From assembly GCA_021823625.1 (NCBI GenBank), contig JAKANS010000006.1:616-64615 (forward strand): 64,000 nt of DNA. The letters run 5' to 3'. The number at the start of each line of letters is the position of its first letter. Positions within the stretch are counted from its first letter, which is position 1. The stretch is from a bacterium (GTDB taxonomy: Bacteria > Verrucomicrobiota > Verrucomicrobiia > Limisphaerales > J093). Shown here one piece after another: positions 19,766-30,113 of this stretch. A program made the translations under genes and the position numbers. Under the pieces are notes generated by a model. That model made no database searches and was not told where the DNA came from. It saw only the letters and a list, made by a program, of their open reading frames with translations.

Positions 19766-21178
19766 ATGGAACGTTTGATTTTCAGCCTGGCGGTCTTGGG
19801 AACGTTTGTCTTGGGGACCGCGAAAACCGTGGCGGCCACGCCCCCCCCGGCGGTGCCGGTCGTGGAGGCCGAAGAAAATGTTTACAATTACGACGACGCC
19901 CGGAATGGCGCGGGGCCGATGTGGTGCAGCGGCTCGACGTGCCTGGTGCGGGCCGGCACGAACGTCTTCGCTTCGGGTCTGGAAACCTTGCGCGGCGTGC
20001 CGCCGTTGAACAACTGCCGCTGGCTGCTGCTCGGCCGCGAGGCGCAAGGCTGGAGGCGGTTGCGCGCCGCGCCGGTCGGTTTGACGCGCGAGCCCTGCCC
20101 GCTGGCGGTGTTCCCCCCCGACCGGGTCTTTCTTTCCGACAACCCCACGCTGGCACCCAACCGGCCCGCCGGCCCGTCTCGCCCCAGCCTGCTTGAGTTT
20201 TCCACCACCAGCATCAACGCTCCACGGGTGAGTTCGTTCCCGGAATGGCGGGGAACGCCGGAGTTCACCGAGTACACGTACCGCAGCCTGGCGGCGGACG
20301 GTGAGGCGAAGGAATTGATCTTGTTCGCCAACTCAGGCAATGAAACGAACACGAGTTGGGGCGTGAATTGGTCGTTCTTTGACCGCACCGGCATTTGGGC
20401 CGCAAAGGGCGAACTGCGCTGGCCTTTCGGCAACAACTATTCCCCACCGCGGCCCATCCGGATTTGTTTTCCGAACGTCCTGCTCCGGAACCGGGCCGTC
20501 TATTTCTGCGGCGTGAGCACCATCACCGAACCGAACGCCGCCTGGCGGGAGTTCAAAGCCGGACTCAAAACCAGCGGCCCCGACTATGATTCCCGCCGCC
20601 TTTTTTACATTTTCTCGGCGGACATCACGACCGGGGTTTTCCAGGACTGGGTCGAAATTGCGAATCGCGAGCAAACCGCCGGACGAATCACGCCGGGGGA
20701 TCTCTGGGTGGACGACGAGGGCACGGTGCACATCGTGTGGGCCGAGCAGGCGATCGGCGAACCGTTGCGCGAGAAGTTCTTCCCAACCGCCAAACAAAGC
20801 CACGCGATCAATTACGCCCGCGTGCGCAACGGCGTGGTCACGCTGCGCCGCACCCTGGCGCTCGCCGAAGAAGGCGGCTCGCAAGAGATTCCTTCGACCC
20901 CGCGTTTTCAGATCACGCCGGAAGGACGGATCTTCGTCTTTTACTTCGTACAAGGTCGCGAGGCCGCGGGCAAAGCCGTTTCGGAGAACCGGCTGCTGGA
21001 GATCCTCCGCGACGGCACGCCCACGGAGCCCGTCACAGTGCCGCTCCAGCATCCGCTGAACACTTACTTCACCGCGACGCCCCGCGCCGGATCGCCGCGC
21101 TCGAATACGCTCGATTTGCTGGGCCTGCGGGTCGAATCGCCAGCCACGGTGAGCTACGCCCGCGTCCGGATTCGCTGA
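19766..21178 (+). CDS. Hypothetical secreted protein (470 aa)
   Basis: Signal peptide MERLIFSLAVLGTFVLGTAKTVAA. The composition is beta-rich. No motif I can assign. Confidence 0.6.
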   Translation: MERLIFSLAVLGTFVLGTAKTVAATPPPAVPVVEAEENVYNYDDARNGAGPMWCSGSTCLVRAGTNVFASGLETLRGVPPLNNCRWLLLGREAQGWRRLRAAPVGLTREPCPLAVFPPDRVFLSDNPTLAPNRPAGPSRPSLLEFSTTSINAPRVSSFPEWRGTPEFTEYTYRSLAADGEAKELILFANSGNETNTSWGVNWSFFDRTGIWAAKGELRWPFGNNYSPPRPIRICFPNVLLRNRAVYFCGVSTITEPNAAWREFKAGLKTSGPDYDSRRLFYIFSADITTGVFQDWVEIANREQTAGRITPGDLWVDDEGTVHIVWAEQAIGEPLREKFFPTAKQSHAINYARVRNGVVTLRRTLALAEEGGSQEIPSTPRFQITPEGRIFVFYFVQGREAAGKAVSENRLLEILRDGTPTEPVTVPLQHPLNTYFTATPRAGSPRSNTLDLLGLRVESPATVSYARVRIR

Positions 21179-21211
21179 ACCGTTTCGTGGCGTACCGCGC
21201 AAGCGGCCCGC

Positions 21212-23026
21212 TTACTTGCGGAACAGCGGCGATTTCAACAGCGGGGCCTTATCGTATTCCTCCTGGATTCGCGACAGCTCGGCTTCTTCGAGCAAGACCG
21301 CCGGAGCCACCACCGCGACCGGCGGCGTACTTCCCGAATAGTCGAGGCCCAGATGATTGAGGACGTAGCGCTTGGTGCCCGCGGCCAGGATGTGCTTGAG
21401 CGCGCGCACCTCGAGCGGGGCGAATTCCAGTCCGCGGACTGGCGTCTCCGCGCCGTCCTTGACCGACACCTTGTAGGCAAGGATCGGATCGCCCAGTTTG
21501 CTGCCCCCACCTCGCGCGGCACGACCAAAATAGCTCATCAAATCCATGCGGCTTGAGAAAACGCTCGGCATCTGGATCGCCTTCACGCGCAAGCCGAACT
21601 CCAATCCTTCGTCCTTGGCCGCGGAAACCAGCTCCGCCTTCAGTTCTTCGTCGGACAGGCCTTTTTGGTCCTCCACAATGAGGTTGGCCACCGACGCGGT
21701 CGGCGGACTCCCGCTGGCGCTTCGACCGTGCCCATTGGAGCCGGAGAGTTTGCGCGTCGGGGCGCGCGAAAGACAAAGCGTGTTCAGTTTGCCGTCCTTG
21801 ACCAACTCGACTTTGCGAGCCGCCACGGCTTCGTCATCGTATTCGTAATGCCCAAGCAACACGGTGCCTTCGTAACGGTCTGCACCCGGGTCGTCCCAGA
21901 CCTGGAAGGAACCCGGCAACAGCCGCGTGCCCAGCTTGTACTCGAGGCTGTCGGCGCCTTGGGGGCGGCGTTGCTCCCCCACGATGTCCGGTTTGCCCGC
22001 CAAGCCGGCGCCCAGCAGCGTGTCGAACATCTGCGCGCCCGCCACGCCATCGAACAGCACCGGCCCGCTGTAGCGCTCGAGCACGGGCGCCTGCCGTGTC
22101 CGGTCGAGGCTCGCCACCGTCTCGTCGATGTCTTTCAGAATTTGGTCCAGCTTCGGAAAATCCGCGGGGCTGAGCCCGGCGTACAAGCGACCGTCAGTCA
22201 GGCGCATTCCGTCCGCGGCCTGCACCTGCGCGCTAAACATCAGGATCGCGCCCGTGTCCGGCACGCGCAGGCGGGTGCCTTCGGAATTGACGATGTAGAG
22301 GTTCTGCACGCCCACGATCAGCCGCACATTCGAGTCCTGGACGATCTCGAAGCGCTTGAAGTGGGCCGACAGCTTGCGGAGGTTCGCACGCCACCCGGCT
22401 TCGTCCACCTGCACGGCGGCCGTTGGCCCGGTCTTCTCCACGGCTGGCGCGGCCGAAAAGTCGTGAGGCCGATCCACGATGTTCTTGTCCTTCATGTAGG
22501 CCCGCTTCTGCGTAAGCGTTTCCAACGCGTCCTTGTAAACGCGATCGGTGGCCAGCCAGGCGCCCTGGCGCAATGCCAGATAATCGTCCTCGATCGGCAG
22601 CGAAGTGCGTCCCGTGCCGTCCAAACCCCCGCCGCCCGCGAAGTGTGTGTTGTCCAGTTCGTACGACCCGACGCGCACCTGCGTGCGCAAGTCGCGCTGG
22701 CGCGTGCGTGTGCTGCCCGTGATGTCGCCATCCTCGGCGCTCAAAGTAAGAACCAGGCTGTCCTCGACGTTGTATTGAACGAAGTACGGCTTCTCCAAGT
22801 CCTCCATGTGTAGGGTCACGGACCGGCTCAACTCATCGCTCAGCGCTTTCATGACCACGTCGCTGGCCGGCACGGTCACTTCGACCGCACACGCCAGGTT
22901 TGCGGCCAGCCAGCCAGCCAGCCCGCACGCCCACGAAAGCTTCGACCCAAGCTTCCCGCCTGAGAGTTTCATGCCCACACGCGCTGCCGCCGGATTCGCG
23001 ATCCGGCCTTGATCCTTGAAGTTCAT
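21212..23026 (-). CDS. TldD/PmbA family metallopeptidase-like protein (secreted)
   Basis: ATG at 23026 (alternative at 22972), just downstream of the preceding paralog's stop. Signal-like segment SKLSWACGLAGWLAANLACA. The C-terminal half has the SGSNGHGR segment seen in this family. Confidence 0.75.
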   Translation of the reverse strand: MNFKDQGRIANPAAARVGMKLSGGKLGSKLSWACGLAGWLAANLACAVEVTVPASDVVMKALSDELSRSVTLHMEDLEKPYFVQYNVEDSLVLTLSAEDGDITGSTRTRQRDLRTQVRVGSYELDNTHFAGGGGLDGTGRTSLPIEDDYLALRQGAWLATDRVYKDALETLTQKRAYMKDKNIVDRPHDFSAAPAVEKTGPTAAVQVDEAGWRANLRKLSAHFKRFEIVQDSNVRLIVGVQNLYIVNSEGTRLRVPDTGAILMFSAQVQAADGMRLTDGRLYAGLSPADFPKLDQILKDIDETVASLDRTRQAPVLERYSGPVLFDGVAGAQMFDTLLGAGLAGKPDIVGEQRRPQGADSLEYKLGTRLLPGSFQVWDDPGADRYEGTVLLGHYEYDDEAVAARKVELVKDGKLNTLCLSRAPTRKLSGSNGHGRSASGSPPTASVANLIVEDQKGLSDEELKAELVSAAKDEGLEFGLRVKAIQMPSVFSSRMDLMSYFGRAARGGGSKLGDPILAYKVSVKDGAETPVRGLEFAPLEVRALKHILAAGTKRYVLNHLGLDYSGSTPPVAVVAPAVLLEEAELSRIQEEYDKAPLLKSPLFRK

Positions 23027-23046
23027 CGGTTGTGCAGTCTGGAGGT

Positions 23047-24783
23047 TCACCGGGTCGCCGCTGAATTCGCCGCGGCGGGGACCAATGGCGATGGCAGGAT
23101 GGGCGGCCGGTCCTGCTCGCGTCGCCGCTTTTCCACCTCGATTTGCGACACCAGGACGCTGGGCGAAATCGCCGACACCGGCACGTTGCCCGATTCCGCG
23201 CCGCAGGTGCCATTGAACACCGCGGGATCGTCCCCGGCGGCGATGATCTTGGAGAAGCAGGTCAACGGCGTGCCGACGACATCCACGCCGCGCACCAATT
23301 CGTCCGGCCGGCCGTCGGCGTAAACGCGGTACACGACCACGGGCAGCACCTTGAAGGATTGCGCGCTCATCCGCCGGGTGCCGGTGAAGCCGCCGGTGAT
23401 GTCGTCGAAAAGGAGGCCGTACGGCTTGCCTTGTTTCTGGCATTCCGCGATCAGCAGCTTGCGCAACTCCGCGAACGGCACCCGCCGGTTGGATTCCACG
23501 ATCAGGTTGCCCATGCGCGAAACCGCGTTCCGACCCGGTTCCGCCCGCCCGTGCCCGTTCGAGTGCGGGAATTCCTTCAATGGGCTGCGCGACATCAGGA
23601 AGTTCCGCAAGATGCCGTGGTCAACCAGCGTCACGTTTTGCGCGGGCACGCCTTCGTCGTCGTAGCGGTAAAAACCCCGCAATTGCTGTCCGTCGAAAGC
23701 CTCCAACGTCGGATCGTCCCGCACGCTGAGGAAATCCGGGAGGACCGCCTCGCCGACTTTTTTGGCAAAGGTCTGCCCCTCCTCGACGTCTTTCTGCCGG
23801 TGGCCCTCGATGCGGTGGCCGAAGATTTCGTGGAAGAACACGCCGCTGGCCCGGTTCATCAAGATCGCCGGGCCGGTGAACGGCTCCACCAGCGGCGCCT
23901 TCCGCAAGGCCAGCACTTGCGCGATCACCTTGTCGAAAGCCTTCGCCATCTCCGCCTCGCTCGGCAGCTTGTCCTCGGTGGTCGCATCGAAGATGTAAGT
24001 CTGGCTCAAATCCATGCCGTCCTCGGCCTTGGTACTGGCGGATAGAATCACCCGCAGCCGTTTGCCGCCGGTCTGCAGGCGCGTGCCTTCGCTGGTCACC
24101 ATCCAGCGGTTCTCGCTGCCGGCGGTGAGGGCCACAGACGAGCTGTAAATCAACGGCTGCGTCCGCGCGGCGGCGGACACGCGCTTGAGCCGCGCGGTCC
24201 AGGCCGCGCGGTCGAGCTCGATGCTGACCGGCGGCTCCGAGTACACGCTCGGCGGCTCCTTCGTGAAGTCGCCGGATTGATCCTCCTCCTCGACCTGCGT
24301 CTTCAGGTTCGTCAGCACCCGCTGGTACTTCTTGACCGCCGACTTGAAACTCCGGTCCGTGGCGCGCCACAGCGCCTGCTTGATCGCGTCCTCGTCATCG
24401 TCGAGCCCGATCTCGACCGCGCCGCCGTAAAGGTAATCCGCGGGATCGAAACCCTGATCGCCGCCGCGCAGTTTGTGGGTGTTGTCCAGCTTGTAGTCCC
24501 CCACGCGGGCATCCACGTCGAGCAGCCGTTGGTGGTAATCCCGATCGCCAGCCAGCGCTCCCAGCGTCGCCTCGATCGAAAACACGCGCCGCTCCTGCAC
24601 GGCGTAGGCGAGGTAGTACGGCTTGGTGCCATCGGGCATCGCCAGGTGCTGCATCGAGTAATCGAGTTCCTCGGCGAGCCAGTCGTTGATCCTGCTGCCG
24701 GCAACCGCATTGTCAGCGGCGCCGGCGCTCAATGGGAGGAACGTGAAGGCGATGCCTGCGAAAAATGCAAACCAGCGTTTCAT
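23047..24783 (-). CDS. TldD/PmbA family metallopeptidase (secreted)
   Basis: The ATG at 24783 gives the signal peptide MKRWFAFFAGIAFTFLPLSAGA. Contains the HEIFGHRIEGHRQ metal-binding motif (HExxxH) and PHSNGHGR. Confidence 0.8.
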   Translation of the reverse strand: MKRWFAFFAGIAFTFLPLSAGAADNAVAGSRINDWLAEELDYSMQHLAMPDGTKPYYLAYAVQERRVFSIEATLGALAGDRDYHQRLLDVDARVGDYKLDNTHKLRGGDQGFDPADYLYGGAVEIGLDDDEDAIKQALWRATDRSFKSAVKKYQRVLTNLKTQVEEEDQSGDFTKEPPSVYSEPPVSIELDRAAWTARLKRVSAAARTQPLIYSSSVALTAGSENRWMVTSEGTRLQTGGKRLRVILSASTKAEDGMDLSQTYIFDATTEDKLPSEAEMAKAFDKVIAQVLALRKAPLVEPFTGPAILMNRASGVFFHEIFGHRIEGHRQKDVEEGQTFAKKVGEAVLPDFLSVRDDPTLEAFDGQQLRGFYRYDDEGVPAQNVTLVDHGILRNFLMSRSPLKEFPHSNGHGRAEPGRNAVSRMGNLIVESNRRVPFAELRKLLIAECQKQGKPYGLLFDDITGGFTGTRRMSAQSFKVLPVVVYRVYADGRPDELVRGVDVVGTPLTCFSKIIAAGDDPAVFNGTCGAESGNVPVSAISPSVLVSQIEVEKRRREQDRPPILPSPLVPAAANSAATR

Positions 24784-24995
24784 TCCTGATGTCTGTCTGT
24801 GCCCGAAGCAGTTCGAACGCGAGCCCGACCGCACCGTGGGTTTTGTCGCCGCGGAGCACAAGGCCAGGCTGTGCGCAGAGTCACCCATGCCCCCGGTCAA
24901 GTCAACCCGCGCGCCGCACCCTCGCATCGCCTGACTGGACAAGGCGCCGCGGCTTCGCAAGACTCCGCGGTCAACAGCACACCCGGAATTCATCC

Positions 24996-26441
24996 ATGAG
25001 AACCTGGCTCTTTCGCAGCTTAACCCTGGCCCTATCTGGCACCGTGGTCGGCGCAGAAGCCCCGTCGCCAGCCGACAGCGGCGCCGGCGTTTTCTACCTC
25101 CCAGAAAACGCGCGGTACACGATCGTGGACTCGGTCCGCGACTCGCTCCGGTTCACGCTCGACAAGACGCTGCGCCGCGACGAGCACGGCCACCTGGTGG
25201 GCATCTCCAGCTTCGTCAACCCGGAGGGCAAGGTCATGGGCTGGCACGACTTCGGCAACCTGGAAGGGCCGGGTTGGGCGGCCAACGCGGCGGGAGGCGC
25301 GTGGGAGATCGACAACTGGGGACGCTTCCTCGGCAAGCTGGACTGGCGCACCAACGCGCTCGCCATCCTGGACCACGTGCTCGAAGGTGGATTTCTCGAC
25401 GAGGCGACCGGATTCATTCGCGGCTACCGCGAGACGACCTCCGGCAAATTCTGCTTGAACTACAAGCACCAGTCGGACTGGTTCTGCCCCGGCTCGATGG
25501 CCAAGGTGGCGTACCAACTCCTGCTGTTCGCCGACAACTTCCCGCTTCGTGACGCCCGACGGGAGCGGCTGGAGCGCATGGCAACGCGGACGGCAGCCTG
25601 GATTCGCGACCATGTCGAGTCGGTGCCGAACGGCTGGTACCCGCGTCGCACCACGCCGGACGGCAAGGTTTATCGGAAGTCCCCGGAAGGCGGCGACGAT
25701 CCGTTCTGGCAAACCTCGGCGGACAGTCTCTTCATCCTGCAACTCCAGGCCGGACTGACCGCGCGCAAGCTCGTGGATTACCGCACCACCTTGCGAGAGA
25801 AGACCGGAGTGTTCGTCCGGGCTGGCGGCATCTTCGGCAGCATCAACCACGACACCTACGATCCGCAGGAAAACGTGGCGTACTCGGTGGCGTTCCGCAC
25901 GTTGCTGCCCATTGCCCGGTTGTTGAAGGACGAGTCCATCCGCGCCTTCGCCTACGACCGTTGCCTCGCCGGCCTGGACCAGTTCAAGATGACCGACGAC
26001 CGCAACGGCGTGGCTACGCGCGGGCTGCTGTTCATGGAGAAATCCTGGGACACCGCGTACCTCTGGGAAAATGCGGAGGCGGCGTTGGCGTATTTCGAGG
26101 CTGCCGCCGACACGCGGCGGGCCGATCCGGCACGCGCGCAGCAGTTCGAGTTGAACGGCCATACGATCCTGCGTGCCATCGCCAAACACCATTACGGACC
26201 ATACGGCTTCCTCACCGAAGGCGTGGACTGGAACAACCACGTGGGCCAGCAGCACCACATCGGCCAGGCCAAGTACGGCGCCATCCAGTACACCGAACCG
26301 TTCCTGAACAACCAGCACATCGCCGAGCCGACGCTGTTTTACCTCGAACGCCTGGCGACGAAACGCACACGCGACGGCCGTCGCCAATGGCTCGATTGCG
26401 AAGGCAACTTGCTGCTGGAGCAGACGGCTCGGTCGCGCTGA
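24996..26441 (+). CDS. Hypothetical secreted protein, possibly alpha/alpha-toroid (six-hairpin) fold
   Basis: The ATG at 24996 gives the signal MRTWLFRSLTLALSGTVVGAEA. The helix-rich, W/Y-rich composition resembles six-hairpin glycosidase-like proteins. Only a fold-level guess. Confidence 0.55.
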   Translation: MRTWLFRSLTLALSGTVVGAEAPSPADSGAGVFYLPENARYTIVDSVRDSLRFTLDKTLRRDEHGHLVGISSFVNPEGKVMGWHDFGNLEGPGWAANAAGGAWEIDNWGRFLGKLDWRTNALAILDHVLEGGFLDEATGFIRGYRETTSGKFCLNYKHQSDWFCPGSMAKVAYQLLLFADNFPLRDARRERLERMATRTAAWIRDHVESVPNGWYPRRTTPDGKVYRKSPEGGDDPFWQTSADSLFILQLQAGLTARKLVDYRTTLREKTGVFVRAGGIFGSINHDTYDPQENVAYSVAFRTLLPIARLLKDESIRAFAYDRCLAGLDQFKMTDDRNGVATRGLLFMEKSWDTAYLWENAEAALAYFEAAADTRRADPARAQQFELNGHTILRAIAKHHYGPYGFLTEGVDWNNHVGQQHHIGQAKYGAIQYTEPFLNNQHIAEPTLFYLERLATKRTRDGRRQWLDCEGNLLLEQTARSR

Positions 26442-26495
26442 ACGGGCGGGCGGGAATCGGTTTGCCTTCCCGCGTCGCGTGAGGATCATTCCGGT

Positions 26496-27065
26496 ATGGC
26501 GACTGCAACGCTACCGCGCCCGAAGGAAAGGCGTCTCTGGACGTACGAGGAGATGCTGGCCGAGTTGCCGGAAACGAACCAACCCACCGAGTTGTGGAAT
26601 GGAGAAATCCTCATGGCCCCCGCCCCGAGTCCTGGACATCAAAGTGCCGTTCTCCGCCTCGCTCAGATCCTCGACGACTTTGTCACCGAGCGCGATCTGG
26701 GCCAGGTTTACCTCAGCCCGGTGGATGTGGTGCTGACCACGCGACGCGTGGTGCAGCCGGACCTCTTATTCGTCGCCAAGGAGAATCTGGGCATCGTGCA
26801 GGACCGCATCCGCGGCGTGCCGGACCTCACGGTGGAGATCGTGTCCGAATCTTCCTGGCACCGCGATCGCATCGAGAAAAAGGCGCTCTACGAACAGTTC
26901 GGCGTGAAGGAATACTGGCTGGTCGATCCGGACAGCCGCACCATCGAGGTCTTCGCGCTCGCCAAGGGCGCTTTCCGGTTGCATTCAAAGGCGACCGCGG
27001 GCCAGACCGCCAAATCGAAGCTCCTGCCCGGCTTCACCGTCTCGTTGGGCCAAATCAACCTCTGA
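26496..27065 (+). CDS. Uma2 (DUF820) family endonuclease
   Basis: Contains [30 protein letters not shown] and [16 protein letters not shown]. These are the PD-(D/E)xK-like signature blocks of Uma2. Confidence 0.8.
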   Translation: MATATLPRPKERRLWTYEEMLAELPETNQPTELWNGEILMAPAPSPGHQSAVLRLAQILDDFVTERDLGQVYLSPVDVVLTTRRVVQPDLLFVAKENLGIVQDRIRGVPDLTVEIVSESSWHRDRIEKKALYEQFGVKEYWLVDPDSRTIEVFALAKGAFRLHSKATAGQTAKSKLLPGFTVSLGQINL

Positions 27066-27111
27066 CCGTGCCCGCGCACGCAACTGTCCATCCGCGTTCG
27101 ATTCTCCGATC

Positions 27112-28395
27112 ATGAACCGTGCCCAATCCGAAGCCCTGTTTGCCGAAGCCCTGAAGTTCATCCCCGGCGGCGTCAACTCGCCCGTGCGCGCTTTTCGTGC
27201 GGTGGGCGGCCACCCGTTTTTTGTGAACCGCGCCGCGCGCGCCCACATCTGGGACGTGGACGGCAACGAGTATGTGGACTACGTCGGCACCTGGGGGCCC
27301 GCCATTCTGGGCCACGCGCACCCGAAGATCATCGCCGCGGTCAAAGCCGCCGCCGACCACGGCACCAGCTTCGGCATTCCGAATCCGTTCGAGGTCACGA
27401 TGGCCAAGCTGATCTGCGCGCTGGTGCCGAGCGTGGAAAAGGTCCGCATGTGCAATTCCGGCACCGAGGCGTGCATGAGCGCCATCCGGCTGGCGCGCGG
27501 CTTCACGAAGCGCGACAAGATCGTCAAGTTCGACGGCTGCTACCACGGCCACGCCGATTCGCTCCTGGTCAAGGCGGGCTCGGGCGCGCTCACGTTCGGC
27601 AACCCGGACAGCGCGGGCGTGCCGGCCGATTTTGCCCGCCACACGCTGGTGGTGCCGTTCAACGACCCAGACGCGCTTCGGTCCGTGTTCGCGGCCAACG
27701 CGGGCCAGATCGCTGGCGTCATCATTGAGCCAGTGCCGGGCAATGCCGGTTTGTACCTGCCGCGACCCGGCTTCCTCGAGTTCATGCGCAAGATCACCCA
27801 GGCGAACGGCGCGCTGCTGATCTTCGACGAAGTCATGACCGGCTTCCGGCTCGCGGCCGGCGGGGCGCAGGAGCGGTTTGGCATCCGGCCCGACCTGACC
27901 TGCTTCGGGAAGATCATCGGCGGCGGTCTGCCGGTAGGTGCGTTCGGCGGGCGGGCGGACATCATGGATTATCTCGCGCCGGTCGGGCCGGTGTACCAGG
28001 CGGGCACGCTCAGCGGCAACCCGCTCGCGCTGGCCGCCGGCCTCGCGGCCTTGGAAGAACTGCGGAGCGGCGAGGCGTACCGGAAACTGGAGGGGCTGGG
28101 TGCGGCGCTCGAAGCTGGGTTGGTTGACGCCGCGAAGTCCGCCGGTGTGCCCGTGCAGTTCAACCGCTGCGGCTCGATGTTCTGCGGCTACTTCACCGCC
28201 GGGCCGGTTCACAACCTGGCCGACGCGATGCAGAGCGACCGCGAGCGCTTCAAACGCTATTTCCACGGGATGCTCGATGCCAGCGTCTATCTGGCGCCGT
28301 CGCAATTCGAGGCTGGGTTCATTTCCACCGCGCACACGGCCACAGACATTGCGAAGACGCTCAGCGTGGCCGCGAAGGTGCTGAAGACGCTCTGA
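27112..28395 (+). CDS. hemL: Glutamate-1-semialdehyde 2,1-aminomutase
   Basis: Contains [23 protein letters not shown] and [16 protein letters not shown]. Collinear with HemL over its full length. Confidence 0.92.
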   Translation: MNRAQSEALFAEALKFIPGGVNSPVRAFRAVGGHPFFVNRAARAHIWDVDGNEYVDYVGTWGPAILGHAHPKIIAAVKAAADHGTSFGIPNPFEVTMAKLICALVPSVEKVRMCNSGTEACMSAIRLARGFTKRDKIVKFDGCYHGHADSLLVKAGSGALTFGNPDSAGVPADFARHTLVVPFNDPDALRSVFAANAGQIAGVIIEPVPGNAGLYLPRPGFLEFMRKITQANGALLIFDEVMTGFRLAAGGAQERFGIRPDLTCFGKIIGGGLPVGAFGGRADIMDYLAPVGPVYQAGTLSGNPLALAAGLAALEELRSGEAYRKLEGLGAALEAGLVDAAKSAGVPVQFNRCGSMFCGYFTAGPVHNLADAMQSDRERFKRYFHGMLDASVYLAPSQFEAGFISTAHTATDIAKTLSVAAKVLKTL

Positions 28396-28419
28396 AAGCC
28401 TGACGGCTTATGCCGCATT

Positions 28420-29919
28420 CTAGGCGAGCGCCGGGGCCAGCAGCGCCTCTTCGGCCACCGCCGGTTCAGGTGCAGTCGCGGGCGCAGCCTCTTCCGGCTC
28501 GCAACCTTCGAGCAGGCGCGCGATCACGTCCGCCGCGGTGTAACTGTCGCGGCCCGGCACGACGAAGCGGGCGATGCGGTCCACGTTGTTGCCCGCGGTC
28601 ATCAACGGCAGTTCGTCCTTGGAGTCCGGACGCACTTGCCCAAAACCGACGGTGGTCGGGAGGCCGTTGCAGACGCACTTGCGGCCTTGGGTTTGCTCGA
28701 TCGTGCCGCCTTTCTTGAGGAAATCCTCGACGGGTTCCGCGGGACAGCGGTAGCCCACCGTGCCGTCCTCTTTCCGGTACAGGTGCCGCAGGTAACCGAG
28801 GTCGCAAATCCGCGGCCGGGCGGTGTAATGCTCCGCCTCGGAGAGTGTGCCTGGCATCTGCACCACCTTGAACGGAAAGCCGGTCGGCGAGGCCACGGGA
28901 TCGGTGAAGACACGCGCCTGACCCGCGCGGCTCAGGGCGATGGCCTGGCGCTTCAGGTCGGGGTGAATGCCGGATTCCTCGCAGAAGGCGAACGCCGTGC
29001 CCACCTGGATGCCGGCCGCGCCAAGGCGCAAGGCTTCGACCAGCTTGCCTTCCTGGCCGAACGACCCCGCCAGCCAGAACGGCAGCCCGAGTTCGCGGAT
29101 TTTGGCGAGATCGGGCACGTCCCGCGGACCATAGACGGGTTCTCCGCATTCGCTGAGCTGGAGCGGCCCACGCGGCGGCGCATTGTGACCGCCGGCGGTT
29201 TCGCCTTCCACCACGAAGCCGTCCACACGCCCGCTGGACTTGCGGGCAAGCGTCATGGCGAGCGTAGCCGACGCCACAATACCGAGGAAGCGCGGGCGCT
29301 TGAGTTCGGTCACGGCCAGGCCCAGGCCCAGGCACGCCGGGTCAAACGAGGTCAAATATTCCTCGCCGGGCAGCGCCCCTTCCACGTCCACCCGCAAATC
29401 GGCGGGTTCGCCGCGCGCGAACCGGTCCAGAACTCCGGGGATTGCCCGCGGAATGCCGGCGCCCATCAATACGTAATCCACCCCCGCCAGCATGGCCCCG
29501 TAAAGCGAGGGCAGCGTCGGGAGCTGGATCTTTTCCAGCAGGTTCACCCCGACCAAGCCGTCGTGACCTTCCTTGGCCAGGAAGACCTCCACGAAATTCG
29601 CTACCACGGTCAATTCGACGAAGGCCGGGCCGGGCCGGAGCGTGGGCATGGCCGTCAACCGGAACGGCTCCGCGGAAGATTTGCCACCCGGCACGTAGTA
29701 GTTTTGGTACACGCGGCTGGCTATGGCGGGAATCGGGAAGTGGCCCAGCGCGCGGTGCAGGTGGCCGCCGGGGTCGCCCATCTGGAGGCGGCGGGCCAGA
29801 ATAACCGCGAGCGCGGTGCCCGAAACGACCCCGAGCTGGCCCAGCAGCGAGACGGTCCGCGCCAGGTTCCACCCCGACACGGCCACGCCCATTCCGCCCT
29901 GAATGATCTTCGGATACAT
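28420..29919 (-). CDS. Nitronate monooxygenase (NMO/2-nitropropane dioxygenase-like) family flavoprotein
   Basis: The ATG at 29919 opens MYPKIIQGGMGVAVSGWNLA. FMN TIM-barrel family pattern, long form. Confidence 0.75.
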   Translation of the reverse strand: MYPKIIQGGMGVAVSGWNLARTVSLLGQLGVVSGTALAVILARRLQMGDPGGHLHRALGHFPIPAIASRVYQNYYVPGGKSSAEPFRLTAMPTLRPGPAFVELTVVANFVEVFLAKEGHDGLVGVNLLEKIQLPTLPSLYGAMLAGVDYVLMGAGIPRAIPGVLDRFARGEPADLRVDVEGALPGEEYLTSFDPACLGLGLAVTELKRPRFLGIVASATLAMTLARKSSGRVDGFVVEGETAGGHNAPPRGPLQLSECGEPVYGPRDVPDLAKIRELGLPFWLAGSFGQEGKLVEALRLGAAGIQVGTAFAFCEESGIHPDLKRQAIALSRAGQARVFTDPVASPTGFPFKVVQMPGTLSEAEHYTARPRICDLGYLRHLYRKEDGTVGYRCPAEPVEDFLKKGGTIEQTQGRKCVCNGLPTTVGFGQVRPDSKDELPLMTAGNNVDRIARFVVPGRDSYTAADVIARLLEGCEPEEAAPATAPEPAVAEEALLAPALA

Positions 29920-30075
29920 GATGCTTCTCACTGACGTTCCCGCGAAAGGGCGGGAAGCGCTCGCGGCAGGAACGAAAGGAATCACCTGACAGGTGCCTCA
30001 CGCACCCGGGGGGAGAGTCCGTCGGAAACCGACGCGTGAGCGACAACGTAGATCAACACTGCGCCCAATGAAAGG

Positions 30076-30096
30076 CTGAAAAGCAAACCTTTTCAG
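30076..30096 (-). terminator. Candidate intrinsic terminator downstream of the substrate-binding protein gene
   Basis: Perfect 8-bp stem ctgaaaag/cttttcag with a 5-nt loop, 18 nt after the stop at 30114. On the minus strand it is followed by cctttcatt. The hairpin is unusually AT-rich for this genome. Confidence 0.4.
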
Positions 30097-30113
30097 GATT
30101 CCTTGCGCGAACT

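Noticed and set aside
17939-20047. 702-aa minus-strand ORF, plus similar shadow ORFs at 43651..45210, 46311..47765, 48900..50501, 61545..62774 and elsewhere
   Set aside because: All are antisense shadows of convincingly assigned genes. No independent motif or start context supports them.
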